Shown here piece after piece: positions 12,508-24,511 of a stretch of 40,585 nt of DNA (its first letter is position 1; each line of letters starts with the position of its first letter). The translations under genes were made by a program, and so were the position numbers. This DNA comes from Nemertoderma westbladi (Eukaryota > Animalia > Xenacoelomorpha): assembly GCA_032718475.1 (NCBI GenBank), contig JAUCBJ010007632.1:1-40585 (forward strand), read 5' to 3'. A model generated the notes under the pieces. The model made no database searches, was not told the origin of the DNA, and was given only the letters and a program-made list of their open reading frames with translations.

Positions 12508-13125
12508 CTGATGCTGGTTCACCTTCTATTATAGGAGTTGGATCCTGACAACCGAACTTATTACAGGCCACTACTGAGAAATAATGACGTTCATTGGGTA
12601 ATCCTGAGACGATTATGTAAGAATCATTTGTATTTCCTGTTGTTATAGTAACAATATTTCCGTTACTGTTTGTGTACTCAACTCTAAACCATTGAATAGA
12701 TCCCCCATTGAATCCTGGTGTCCAACTAACTATAACTCTGGAATTATCAACTGCTTCTACTTTAACTCCAGTCGGCATATGTGGAGGTCCCATAGGTTCC
12801 AACTTAACGTCACATTCACCAAAAGTACTGATACCATTTCTAACCCTCCCAAAGTAGGTTAAATTAAGATCATCACTGGTTACATCATATATCATTAGAC
12901 TTATGACAGCAATATTTTTATACCCAAAGTTCTCCACTACAACAACTGATGTTCTATATTTATCACCATCGGGCAGTTCCTTATTTAAGTCAACTTCACT
13001 AAGCCAATAGACACTCGATTCAATAACAGCTGGATAACTTTCCAATGTACATGTTAGAGTAACGACATTCCCAACATCTCCTATAACAATTCGCTCTGTG
13101 TCTTTATGAATCCAAATGGGGTTGT
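12508..13125 (-). CDS. Receptor gene A, exon 3b: Ig-like domain plus FN3 domain
   Basis: ttcttag|AC...G|GTGAG, 618 nt, phase 1-1. VTLTCTLESYP..VYW; FN3 PPHMPTGVKV..SWTPGFNGGSIQWFRVEY..GLPNERHYFSVVACNKFG. Confidence 0.85.
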
Positions 13126-13177
13126 CTAAGAAAATCGAAAAATATTTTATTTTATTTGAAACAATATTTGTTATACT

Positions 13178-13426
13178 ACAACTACTACTAGGTCGAGCGA
13201 ACTCGGACAGTGGAAATGAGATCCTTCCAGGCTTCCCGATTCTCCATAGTTGTCGCAATTTCGTTTCTCCAAAGTTCAGTATCCCTTTCAAGTTGATCTA
13301 TATATGTTATGGCCGGTCGTCCGCGACTACGCTTTCCATGAGTTGGTTGCCAGAGAAGTAGATCTGGTATGTCTTTATTTCGCCAGCAGTGCCCACTGAA
13401 TCTTAATCTGCGTTCACGGAGGGTGG
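13178..13426 (-). mobile_element. 3' fragment of a second RTE family, with (TAG)n tail
   Basis: RERRLRFSGHCWR..LLLWQPTHGKRSRGRP..YIDQL..W; tail ACTACTACTA at ~13180-13190. Confidence 0.8.
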
Positions 13427-14105
13427 TTACTACTAGGATCGGCATGCTGCATTTTTAAGAATGCTGTGCCGGCTTGCCAACAAAATTGCACCGCCACAAC
13501 TCCCTATCACCCATGACATTTGCTAGATCATCCGCATTTTCAAGGCCAGTGTCCTTTAAGATGCGTCTCAAGAAAGTCATGGGCTGTCCACCATGCTTAT
13601 TCACTCCATGAGGCTGCCAAAGTACAAGATTATGCACTGGCTGGTCCTCACGGCGAAAGCAATGTCCTGCAAAGCGGAGGCGATTTCGTTCTAATGTCAA
13701 GCTTGGGGGAACCAATGAGACACCCCCAATGTTATATAATGTCTGGTTGGAGATGTGTGCATTGTACTTGACACAATGAACCCGGCGTAGCATTCTTGTG
13801 AATGTGCCATCCAGAGATTTGGTGTCCTCAGCAGTTAGAGCCCAGCATGGACTCCCATAGAGGAGTACTGGAACTACTGCTGCTCTAAATAATCGAACTT
13901 TAAAAGTTTGTGATGTACTGTTTCCTATGAGACTGAAAATGCTATTCAATGCTGCCTATGCCGTCCCCTTACATACTCAAAAGTCCTTCACCTGATTTCC
14001 GGACCCATGATCCCAGGTAGCAGAATTTATTCACATGCTCAAATATACCATCCTTTGAGCTTATGCTTTATACGTTCAGACATTATCTGGGGACTCTCGA
14101 AGTGT
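13427..14105 (-). mobile_element. RTE-clade LINE 3' fragment (same family as 1-810)
   Basis: ORF 13455..13949 is nearly identical to ORF 152..769; (TAG)n tail at ~13428-13436. The 13900-14105 part is more decayed. Confidence 0.88.
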
Positions 14106-14246
14106 TCACACCATGGATCAGTTTTATCTTAAATCTTTAAGTAACAGACAGGCTATTCCATATGTATAAAAGTAACATGATAAAATAAAGTAATAGGAAC
14201 GCATTATTTGGGAAACCATGTTCGGCATGATCAGGTCTCTTCAATA

Positions 14247-14410
14247 CAATCTTGGGTTGAACAAAGTATATTTTTGACAGACCAATATCAAGCAAATAAA
14301 ATATGTTTTTAGTATAAAGTATGTTTTTTTATTATTATGTAAAAAAACACTTTATTTTAATTGCTTGATATTGGTCTGTCAAAAATATACTTTGTTCCAA
14401 CACAAGATTG
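14247..14410. mobile_element. Small MITE with ~57-bp TIRs and TA TSD (Tc1/mariner-type); decayed counterpart at ~30026-30147
   Basis: TA|CAATCTTGGGTTGAACAAAGTATATTTTTGACAGACCAATATCAAGCAA ... TTGCTTGATATTGGTCTGTCAAAAATATACTTTGTTCCAACACAAGATTG|TA. Confidence 0.75.
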
Positions 14411-14437
14411 TATAAAAGTTAACATATTATATCTCAC

Positions 14438-15067
14438 CTGATGCTGGTTCACCTTCTATTACAGGAGTTGGAACCCGACAACCGTGCTCATTACAGGCCA
14501 CCACGGTGAAATAATGACGTTCATTGGGTAAGTCTGGGACGATTATGTAAGAATCATATGTAATTCCCGATGTTTTAGTAACACTTGTACCGTTACTGTT
14601 GGTGTACTCAACCCTAAACCATTGAATAGATCCACTATTGAATCCTGGTGTCCAACTAACTCGAACTCTGGAATTATCAACCGCCTCTACTTTAACTCCA
14701 GTCGGCATATGTGGAGGTCCTTTAGGTTCTACTTTAACGTTACATTCAACCTCAGTATTACTGCTAGGGATACCATTTCCAACACTCCCAAAGTAGGTTG
14801 GATTAAGATCATCTCTCGTTACATTATATATAGTTAGCCTTAAAACAGCTGTACTTTTATACCCAAAGTTCTCCACTACAACAACTGATGTTCTATATTT
14901 ATCACCATCGGGTAGCTTTTTATTTACGGCAAATTGACTAATCCAATAGACACTCGATTCAATCACAGCTGGATAACTTTCCATTGTACATGTTAGAGTA
15001 ACGTTCGTCCCAAGAACTCCTATAACAGTTTGCTCTGTGGTGTCATTGTGAATCCAATGTGGTTTGT
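14438..15067 (-). CDS. Receptor gene A, exon 3a: Ig-like domain plus FN3 domain
   Basis: ttctttag|AC...G|GTGAG, 630 nt, phase 1-1; paralogous to exon 3b. Confidence 0.85.
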
Positions 15068-15637
15068 CTAAAGAAGAAAATATGTTTGTATTGTAATTAT
15101 ATTTAATATTATACATACATTTTACATACGAACCTACAGTGCGTGCGATATTAATTAATTAATGTTGTATATTCATACATAATATATCACATATATATAT
15201 ATATTAGTACCGCACAGTAATGTAATGTAAATCTAAATTTTAGTAATGTAAAGTAAATTTAAGTAATTAACTTATATGTTGGTACTGTAATAGCGCGGTA
15301 CGGGTCATCAGGGCTCGGTATTAGGTGGGTATGGGTCGGTACAACTCTGTATTATATATATCGATGTTTCTCTATACTCCATGCATGTCGTTATGGCACT
15401 GTATTGCATCGGTAGCTCGTGATGCCCAGATGATACCAAACAACTTCATATATACTGTAATTGATCGTATTTGAATTCACCTCTCTTTTATATATGCTCT
15501 TAGTTCGATGCATTGGATTTCATTGATTACCTACGCAAAAATTAACCTATGCGAAACTGCATTCCATAAGCTAACGCGTAGCCTAAGCGTAGGTTACGCG
15601 TAGTCTACCCCGATCAAACCCACGATCTAAGACTGAC

Positions 15638-15843
15638 ACATAAGCAGGAAACCTTCACATGCATTATCGACCAATCAAAAATCTCCTCAGCAAAGGAATC
15701 TTCTGGAGTCTTCCTACAGTATTATTGGCAGGAGCATTGCAAACCAATACCAGAAACAAACCAATAGGAAGATTCCAGAAGATTCCATTGCTGAAAAGAT
15801 TTTTGATTGGTCGATGATGCATGCGAGGGTTTCCTGCTTATGT
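15638..15843. repeat. Imperfect inverted repeat (~80-bp arms), foldback/MITE-like
   Basis: ACATAAGCAGGAAACC...CTTCCTA versus TAGGAAG...GGTTTCCTGCTTATGT. Confidence 0.75.
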
Positions 15844-15929
15844 CGGTGATCTAAGCACTAGTAGTTGCCAGTGTCAGAACTGTGATCAGCATCTGGCAGT
15901 CTGGTCTACAGGTGTATGATACGGTTCCC

Positions 15930-16850
15930 CAGCTTTAGATCCCAGAGCACCTTAGATCCTGAACGAATTTAGATCTTGGATGAACATAGATCCTTCACAT
16001 ACGAACTTAGATCCTTCCCATATGAACTTAGATCCTTACCATAGGAACTTCGATCCTTCCCATAGGAACTTAGATCCTTCCCATATGAACTTAGATCCTC
16101 CCCATAGCAACTTAGATCCTTCCCATAGGAACTTAGATTCTTACCATATGAACTTAAATCCTTCCCATATGAACCTAGATCCTTCCCATAGGAACTTAGA
16201 TCCTTCCCATATGAACTTAGATCCTCCCCATAGAAACTTAGATCCTTCCCACAGGAACTAAGATTCTTACCATATGAACTTAGATCCTTCCCATGGGAAC
16301 TTAGATCCTTCCAATATGAACTTAGATCGTCAACATATGAACTTGGATCCAACCTTGCATATATTGCTCTACCGTAGCTGTGTTAATGTGAAATGTCATT
16401 CCCATTGGCCAGCAGACCTTACTGTAAATATTATCACGCTTGAAGGAAACCGAACTTAGATCCTATCACCAATACATTGCAATGAATTAGCTATTATGAT
16501 TGGTAAATTATAGTTTGTTGGCGAGTCACTGATCGCAACTGCTTTGAGTGTATGACATATTTGCATAGATCATTATAAGTATTTTTATATGCGTAATAAC
16601 TCAGTTAAATATACTATAATATCGATGGAACGCGGCCAACGCACAATACCTGGGATCTAAGTTCGCTTCTCCTCTAGCGTGTGCTAAGGAATTTGTATAA
16701 ATTGGGATCTAAGTTCACCTAAGATCTAAGTTGCTTTGCTTTCAACGTGAGATCTAAGTTCGCTTCGTGACTAGCATGATGATTACCAAAAAAGGCTTTT
16801 AATAGCATAAATTGGGTTCTAAGTTCACCTAGTTAGGATCTAACTTTAAG
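15930..16850. repeat. 21-bp minisatellite (~15970-16350) inside a probable foldback-type element
   Basis: Unit CCCATATGAACTTAGATCCTT; its core AACTTAGATCC recurs inverted (GGATCTAAGTT) several times at 16650-16845. Confidence 0.7.
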
Positions 16851-16974
16851 GTAAACACTAGAGTCTTACAACCTTTAAACTACAAAAAAACATAGCATCA
16901 GGACATTAAGACCAAAATACCTTCCAGACCCTAAGGCCATCAAAGGACACCAACAAAACAAACAAAAATATAAT

Positions 16975-17160
16975 AACTCGATAGCTGCTACCCGAGGGTA
17001 GGGGTGGGCGCTACTCCTATCCCAAGATTTGCTCCCAGTTATTTAACTGGTACTCATTTCATCGACCCCAGTGGATGAAAGGCTGAGTGGACCCTGGCGG
17101 GGCTGAACCTACAACCGATAGATTGCAGGCCCGGCGCTCAACCAACTGAGCTACCCCGCC
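16975..17160 (-). mobile_element. tRNA-derived SINE with a conserved central domain
   Basis: Minus strand GGCGGGGTAGCTCAGTTGG (A box), GGTTCAGCCC (degenerate B box), then GGGTCCACTCAGCCTTTCATCC..GGTCGATGAAATGAGTACCAG, which resembles Nin/Sauria-type SINE cores. The 3' end is approximate. Confidence 0.75.
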
Positions 17161-18380
17161 TTGGTACACAGGTGTTGCTGTATGTGAGCAGTTGTAATTG
17201 CTTCAATTTTATCCTGTATGTACTTTTCCTGGCTGATGTTGTAGGCCAATTTAAGATCGTCCTTAGCTTTCTCAACCTTGTTAATGTTTTCGGTTGTTGG
17301 TTGTTGGTTTTAACTTTGTAGGCTATCTTAAGATCTTCTCTCTTACAAGTAACCTCAGAATTTTGCCATGGCACATACTGTTTTCGTTTGGGTTTCTGGG
17401 GGATATGCCTCTTAGCTGATTCCTTGTGGGCTGTTATTATATTCTGGTATATTGAATCGGTGGATTGGTCTTCATCAATTGTCTGAAGTGTTTCAAAGCG
17501 GTTTTGAACTTCTACTGTATAAGCATCCTTTACAGCATTGTCAGTTCTGAGTTTCTCCGAGTCATAGTTGATTTGCTTGCTATTCCTGGGTTTGCTGGCT
17601 CTCAAACTGAGTATGATCCCTGCAGTCACAATTCTGTGGTCCGAACCAATTACGATGAACGAGCTGTATGCCTCGCAGTTGATCATGCTATTTCTCCACT
17701 TTTTGTTTATAAGGATGTAATCCAGTTGTGCTTTGGTTCCATTAGGGTATTGAAAGGTCCATAGCTTCCCCTTACTCTTTTCGAATGTTTTATTTGTTGG
17801 TATCAATTCACATTCTTCCATTAGGTCTAAAAGTAAGTACCCATTTCTATAAGAACTTGGGTTATAGGTGTAACCCTTGATGTCTTCAGGGCCAATTTGC
17901 GCATTCAGGTCACCAGCAATGACTTTAACATTGTGTCTCGGTATGTCCTTTATAAGTCCAGTCAGTTCTTCATAAAACTTGACTGCTTGTTCTGGCTCTG
18001 AGGCATTGGTTGGACTGTAGCAACATATAACTGTTGCCTTGGGATTCCCATCAAATGTTGCGATCATATCCCTGGAATTTATAGATTCGATGTTGTTTAG
18101 GGTCTTAAGTGCAAATGGGCTTAGTAGAATTCCTCCTCCACCAATTGATGCATTGGCCGAGTTTCTTACTGCTGAGCTTGTTACTAACGTCCATCCATTT
18201 CCAATGTCATTGTACTTCATGGCAGTGTCTTCATGACAAATCCGATGTTCTTGGATGCAGATGATGTCGATGTTATATTCCATTGCCAGAGCGACCATGT
18301 CACCCTGTTTGGTATGTACTTTCAGCGTGCGTGCGTTCATTGTAGCAATCTTTAGTGTCTTTCTACATTTCAACAGGTTT
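17161..18380 (-). mobile_element. RTE-like LINE 5' part: AP endonuclease domain, truncated before RT
   Basis: IATMNARTL, IICIQEHR, YSPT, GDLNAQIG, WTF, QLDYILI, SDHRIV. Confidence 0.9.
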
Positions 18381-18460
18381 TTTCAACAGGTATTTAATTA
18401 TGTAGAAGGACTTAAAGGTTGTTAAGTACTTCGTGCCTCTCACAGGATGCGTAGCTCCAG

Positions 18461-18801
18461 TTCTACTAACTGTAGTGGAGGGTAATATTTACATTAGTTT
18501 ATTGTTGCTTACACTGAACTATTAACTCAATAGTGAATGACTCCTGTTCTACTAACAGCGATGGAGGGTAATATTTACAATAGTTTATTGTTACTTACAT
18601 CGAACTATTAACTCAATAGTGAATGACTCCTGCTCTACTAACAGTGATGGAGGGTAATATTTACAGTAGTTTATTGTTACTTACACTGAACTATTAACTC
18701 AATAGTGAATGACTCCTGTTCTACTAACAGTGATGGAGGGTAATATTTACAGTAGTTTATTGTTACTTACACTGAACTATTAACTCAATAGTGAATGACT
18801 C
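18461..18801 (-). repeat. 86-bp tandem repeat (4 copies) containing the exon-2 3' end and splice donor of gene A
   Basis: GGTAATATTTAC at 18481, 18567, 18653 and 18739; the unit includes ...ATAGTTCAGT|GTAAGT. Confidence 0.92.
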
Positions 18802-19350
18802 TGTAATAGTTGATAAATCATAAAACGTATATTCGGCTTTAGTTGTGTAAATCCCTGAAGATCTTTTATTTATATCGATATTCCTAACTTCATCTCCACC
18901 GGTTACGAAGTTGCCACTCCAAATATAACCAACATGTATATTGCATCCATCCCCATCTGGAATCCACTTTACCTCTATTGTGTCGTTATGAACTTCTAAA
19001 CTTCTATTTAATTGTATTGAATCACCTCCATCATAAGAAGTACCAGAAACTTTCAGTTTCAGATCACAATATTCTACAGTTACCGGTACCACTGGACTTT
19101 CTTTTCTCCCTTCCCCACTGTCGTTGCTGTACTGACCAGTAAACTCGCACTTATAATCACCTCCATCGTCGGCGCCTAAAGGGTCTAGTGTAAATGTTGA
19201 TGAAGATGGTTCAGTAACTATAGCCGCATCACCAGTAACATCTTTAGTACCAACATACCAGGACCAACTTGGTTTTGGTTCCACATTGTAGTCGTCTGCC
19301 GAACATTTTAATTCCAATGTTTCGCCTTTTTTCTTTTTAATCGCATCGCT
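18771..19350 (-). pseudogene. Receptor gene A, exon 2 (Ig plus divergent Ig-like) lacking its 5' end and normal acceptor
   Basis: Open frame SDAIKKKKGETLELKC..WSW..GDYKC..IELIVQ with donor T|GTAAGT at 18770. Homology to gene B exon 2 stops at 19350, so YLPTRININP and the ttccag acceptor are missing. Confidence 0.7.
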
Positions 19351-19696
19351 AAAATACTGCGGGTTATCAGGCTCAGCAACCTTGTTACTTCAGGATTTTA
19401 TAAAGCTTTAAATATATTTTATTGGCACCCCATGCCGTTCACAACAAACAGAACAATTATTGCCCCAAACTTCCTAGTAGTAGTTCGTTTTTCTACTTCT
19501 CTCTACATTTCACTACCATCTCTTTCCCCATTTTGGACTTCACTTTATGTCATTTCCCGGCTTGGTTTCCTCAGAATGCCTCCAGCCGTCTCAGAAACCC
19601 CAGTCTACAGTCTGATGCTCACTGACACTGATCGTATGTAACTAAATATAATGTAATATACAGTAATGTAACCTTTAGTGGATATCTCAAACTTAC

Positions 19697-20555
19697 ATTG
19701 AACTACGATCGTAGTGGTACAGGATTTATCCTCTTCTATAGCTATATTCCTCGCCTTACATATAAACTCTGCCCCATTATCTCCACGACTTAGATCTCTA
19801 TTTATACTCAGTGTATCTCCTGGTTCAGTTACGACTCCACCAATAGCAACTCCGTTACTATACCAACTCCATCTAGAATCTCCTGATGTACTTCCAGCTA
19901 CCGGTACCGGTACCCAATCCGATAACTTACAGTTTAATGTAGCTGAACTGCCATCTATATAAGTACAACTCGGTAAGCAGCTACACTCTGGATTAGTATC
20001 AGCTTTACATTGGGCTATTATTAGTGGATAAGCCGTCTGATCCGGGAAGTCCGTCGTGTTGTTTTGGAGTTCTACTACTCTTGGATTTGATCCAGCATTT
20101 CCAGCATTAATCCAATATTGTATGTGTATCCTCAATTCCTTCAGTATAGATTCAATGACAGGAGGATTCAACCCAACAGTTATATATCCTTCAGCTCCGA
20201 CTGTGTTGCTACTTATATATTCTGTTGTACTCCATCCACCACAAGGGATATCGTTACCGTTGTTTCTACAAACATCTCCTTTGGAGTTCGCTTCATTTAC
20301 CACACTTATGCTGTTACCATTATCACCCGTAGCAATAACATATAATTCCAGTACATCGGAAACAGTTTCCGTTATAAATTCGCTAACCTCTTCAATAACA
20401 AAATCAACTTTTACTCTAATACTGTCTCTGTCTTCTTTAACGAAACATTCTCTAGTAAACGGAGGTCCACCTTGTTCGACTAGTCTATATCCATTATACT
20501 TTAACCCCAGAATAACATCAGTTAGACTTAGTAATATTATTATATATAATTTCAT
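19697..20555 (-). CDS. Receptor gene A, exon 1: signal peptide, variable N-terminal domain and Ig domain
   Basis: Signal-like MKLYIIILLSLTDVILG; Ig ATLNC..WSWY..DNGAEFICKARN; donor T|GTAAGT at 19696; 859 nt. Confidence 0.85.
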
Positions 20556-20947
20556 GATGTAAACTCAATGTTTCTTGTTCAAAATAAATAATGAATCAAT
20601 CTGTAAAGTTCATCTTATTATACTGTAGGCCCTACATGATGCCTAGAACTGTGTAGGCCGACTACTAAACATGATTAGAGTCTAAAAGATAGTTAGATAG
20701 TTGTAGGGTATATTATACCTATACCGTAGAGATTAATGGATATGATCGCGGGGGCCCTATTACAATGGGTTTTATATTATTTGTACAAAATTATATATAT
20801 TATTATTATTACTCGCGAAGATGCGCAGAGCAGACGAGCTGGCATTTATTTATTTATTCTTGAAAATATAAAATTAAAATTAGGTCGTGGAAAATAAAAT
20901 AAATAAGACGCAGCACCAAGTCTCAAAATTAAAATTTAAATAACATG

Positions 20948-21080
20948 AAAATGGTAAAGAAATTACGGAAATGGTAAAGAAATTACGGAAATGGTAAAGA
21001 AATTACAGAAATGGTAAAGAAATTACGGAAATGGTAAAGAAATTACGGAAATGGTAAAGAAATTACGGAAATGGTAAAGA
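20948..21080. repeat. 20-bp minisatellite (~6.5 copies)
   Basis: Unit GAAATGGTAAAGAAATTACG. Confidence 0.92.
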
Positions 21081-21797
21081 CAGTCTAATAGATATCATGA
21101 GAATAGAGGCCTCCTACATACATACAATACCAGGCTTGGATGTGACGTTAAAAAGTTAAAAATATTTACAGGTTAAAATATTGCAGGATTCGGTTTTGGC
21201 GCACTGTGAACTGTAACGGCTTGGAGTAACGCAGCCTGATAAACTCAATACAGAGGCGTTCTATGGGATTGAGGTTGCAGAGATCGAAACGTTTACAGAG
21301 AGCACGTTTTTACTGTACTGAGTATTAAGAACTGAGGCGAGACTAGGCATCGCAAACTCGTTGAAACATTTCTCATAAACTGATCCCAAACCTATGTACT
21401 AGTGAGTTAATCAGGAGTAGCTGATGTTTGACTTTAAAGAGATTCTTAGTAAGGATTGCAGGAGAATATTAGGGCATTCTGTTATAATTTTATTAATAAA
21501 TTAATAATTAATAAATTAATACATATAATTTTATTGACAAGGTTAAATTTTAGAATGAAACACAAAATGCAGATACCAAACGCACCCGCTCAAAGTGGTA
21601 AATTATAAAAACGGTAAAATTAGTCACAAACAATATGTATTTTATAAACTAAAATAAACAATACTTATCAGTATAAATTATAAAATTGTAAAGTAAATAT
21701 GTAATTTATAATTTTAGTACTAATTAATATCATATTATTGATTGAATTAAATTAATTAATCTAAATCTCAGCCGGAATCAATTAATATCATAATTAA

Positions 21798-22127
21798 TTA
21801 ATATAATTTAGTACTCCAGCCATCACAATTGATTTTAATATTATTATTGTAGCATTCATCTCCATCGGCGTGGACTCTATTCGACACTTCTACGTTGTTA
21901 CCTTTACCATCCTTAGCAATAACCGTTGATTCCAATACATCGGGAATATTTAATTCCCTTTGTTTATTAATAATAAAATCAACTTGTACTCGAATACTAT
22001 TTCTTTCTTCTTTAAATAAACATTCTCTAGTAAATTTAGATCCATCTGGTTCGACTAGTTTATATCCATTATACTTGAAACCCAAAATAACATCAGTTAG
22101 TATCAGTAATATCAGTAATGATTTCAT
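21798..22127 (-). pseudogene. Orphan truncated copy of receptor exon 1 (signal peptide plus first part of the variable domain)
   Basis: MKSLLILLILTDVILGFKYNGYKLVEPDGSKFTRECLFKEERNSIRV...CDGWST, then an abrupt stop in AT-rich DNA. Confidence 0.8.
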
Positions 22128-22895
22128 TGTTATTGAGACTAACACTTACAGATTGAATATCCTCACGACATTTTAACTTCCCCCTACAACTTAACTTAGA
22201 AGTAACTGCAAACCGTTTTTACTCAATATAAAATTATATATAAAAGATGTTTAAATTATAAACTCAAACTCTATAATCCAATAATACTTATTATTAACGA
22301 TATAATATTAATTATTAACCAACAATTGACAGCAGAATTTTAATAGCATTGCTGTTTGTTTCGAGGGCCGCCACTATTTTTGTAAATAATTGTTTCAATT
22401 TACGATATAACGATAATTATTAATCAATGAATGACAGCATGGCGTGTAAGTTGTATCAGTTAGCAAATTAGTACAACGGGGTGGTTGAGGTACAGGGGTC
22501 TTGTCCTGATGGTAATGAAAATTTGATGATTTTTGCTTTGCTTTTGTCTTTCGTTGTTATTACTTAATTCTCAATTTACCTGTTTTTATATGATCAACTT
22601 CATACGCTGTATTTTCTTTGGACTAATTAATTATTATGTAAACTAAATTACTTAACATATCATTATTATCTTACGTATTTATTCACAATCTCTATATAAT
22701 CTACTAATAGTCAATAAATACATACATATCCATGGCTGACTTGTAGTAACATAGAGATGAACTGTTGAATAGACATCTTTCTAATAGAAGCATATCTTAT
22801 TACTTACTATATTGGGTGAATTCTGTGGTATTTCTGTGATTAAATGTCAATGCTGAGATTGGACGATAAAAAGTGGATGTTATGGATATATTTAA

Positions 22896-23211
22896 GCTGA
22901 AATGTGAAAGCTGCCTTGTGGCCAACAGATTTGATTTAAGGGCCGAAGTAGTCAGTACATTAGTATACCCATTATATGTTTCACTAATAAAATAAAAATA
23001 CTTTATTTTTAAATGTTATAACAAAATATTTCAACCAAAATACAACAAGTAATATAAACAATAAACACGGAAGCTATAAAATATGTTATAGATGAACTTT
23101 TGTTTGCCAAGTTTTATATTAAATTCTGGGGCCAAATGTAACTTTACTCTTTGGCATCAATGGCAGGGAAATAGTAACAATATGGTAGATTTATGTTGAG
23201 TCCCCGATTGG
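22896..23211. repeat. Duplicated upstream block X; second copy at 37237-37551
   Basis: TTGATTTAAGGGCC...GGCAGGGAAATAGTAACAATATGGTAGATTTATGTTGAGT is present in both places. Confidence 0.88.
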
Positions 23212-23326
23212 AGAAAATCCCTAATATTCTACGACTTCGACGATTTGAAATAAATAATGAGAGAGGAAATATGTTACAAAATAATAATTTTCAAATTAAA
23301 AAGATAACAAATATAATAAAAAATAA

Positions 23327-24326
23327 GGATAGTACTATTTACTGACAGTTGTTACCCGTTATTAACAGTTATCCAATTCTTGCACAGGCTATCCAACAGT
23401 TATCCAATTTTTGCAGAGGCTATCCAACGCAACAGTTATCCAATTTTTGCACAGGCTATCCAACAGTTATGCAATTTTTGCAGAGGCTATCCAACAATTA
23501 TCGAAAATGTATTTAAAAAGGCAAAGGTCTCACGGCTCTCTGGGATTTCAATTTTACATTTATTAAGAGTAGGTCTCCTTGAAATAATTTCATAGTTGTA
23601 CCAGTACCATATACTATGGCTAAACTGAGATCAAGATAGCATCCTTTGTTATAGTATTGTCTTTATGGGCTGACCGATTTTTAATTAATTAGGCCTAATT
23701 AATCCTCATCAATTAAGAAATTAATCCCGCCTTCCAGTAGTTAGTGGCGTTGTTCTTTCGAAGCTCTACAGTTCACTGAGCGACTGGACAGGACCTTCTC
23801 TCTTGGCTCATCGAGTCATCCCCAATAATACACCTTATTGTCATGGCGAGTAACAACCATCTCCATTGTTGTACCAAATTCACAACAGTGACTGGGATGA
23901 GGTAGGCCTATGGAGAAGGGACGACGGACATCGGTATGTCAGGAAACATTGAGGATGGGGACGAACAAGCGACTTTCATCACTCAATACTTTCGATATAC
24001 GCCAATGTTCTTCGTTACACAGGCAACAATGTTAGGAAGCGCCAACAGGCACGCATTTGATTCTACGTCGTCAGAAGGAAATCCGAAGACAAGACGGAAA
24101 CAATTCCAGGGTTCGGTTCCGATATAATCGGTCAGCCCATAAATACCATACTGGTACTATAACAAAGGCTGCATATCCTGATATCCTGATGATCCTGAAA
24201 ACGTGGTACCGGTACAAAACTTTTTTTCGCCATTTTAAATTCATATTCGATAATAGTTGGATAGCCTGTACAAAAATTGGATAACTGTTAATAACCGGTA
24301 ACAACTGTCAGTAAATATTACTATCC
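23327..24326. mobile_element. Non-autonomous DNA transposon with long TIRs (Mutator-like)
   Basis: Left GGATAGTACTATTTACTGACAGTTGTTACC..., right ...GGTAACAACTGTCAGTAAATATTACTATCC. TIR ~100 bp; the left TIR has an internal 31-bp tandem expansion. Only a degenerate 9-bp TSD. Confidence 0.75.
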
Positions 24327-24511
24327 CAAATATAACACCAATGGAATACTAAATATAGACGAAACTGCAAAATTTCATCAATATTTTTGGACCCGAAATA
24401 ATTTTTCAGCTATACTTAGTATAAACAATTTATTCAACCATATAAATATATTTTAGAATACTAAATAGAAAAAGTCGGACAAGTTGTATAGTTATCTCAT
24501 TCGATCCATTA

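Noticed and set aside
15969-16352. KDLSSYG repeat protein
   Set aside because: A 21-bp intronic minisatellite open on both strands; no clear splice or start context.
17085-17160. tRNA-Cys gene
   Set aside because: Degenerate B box, poor stems, and it runs directly into a SINE core.
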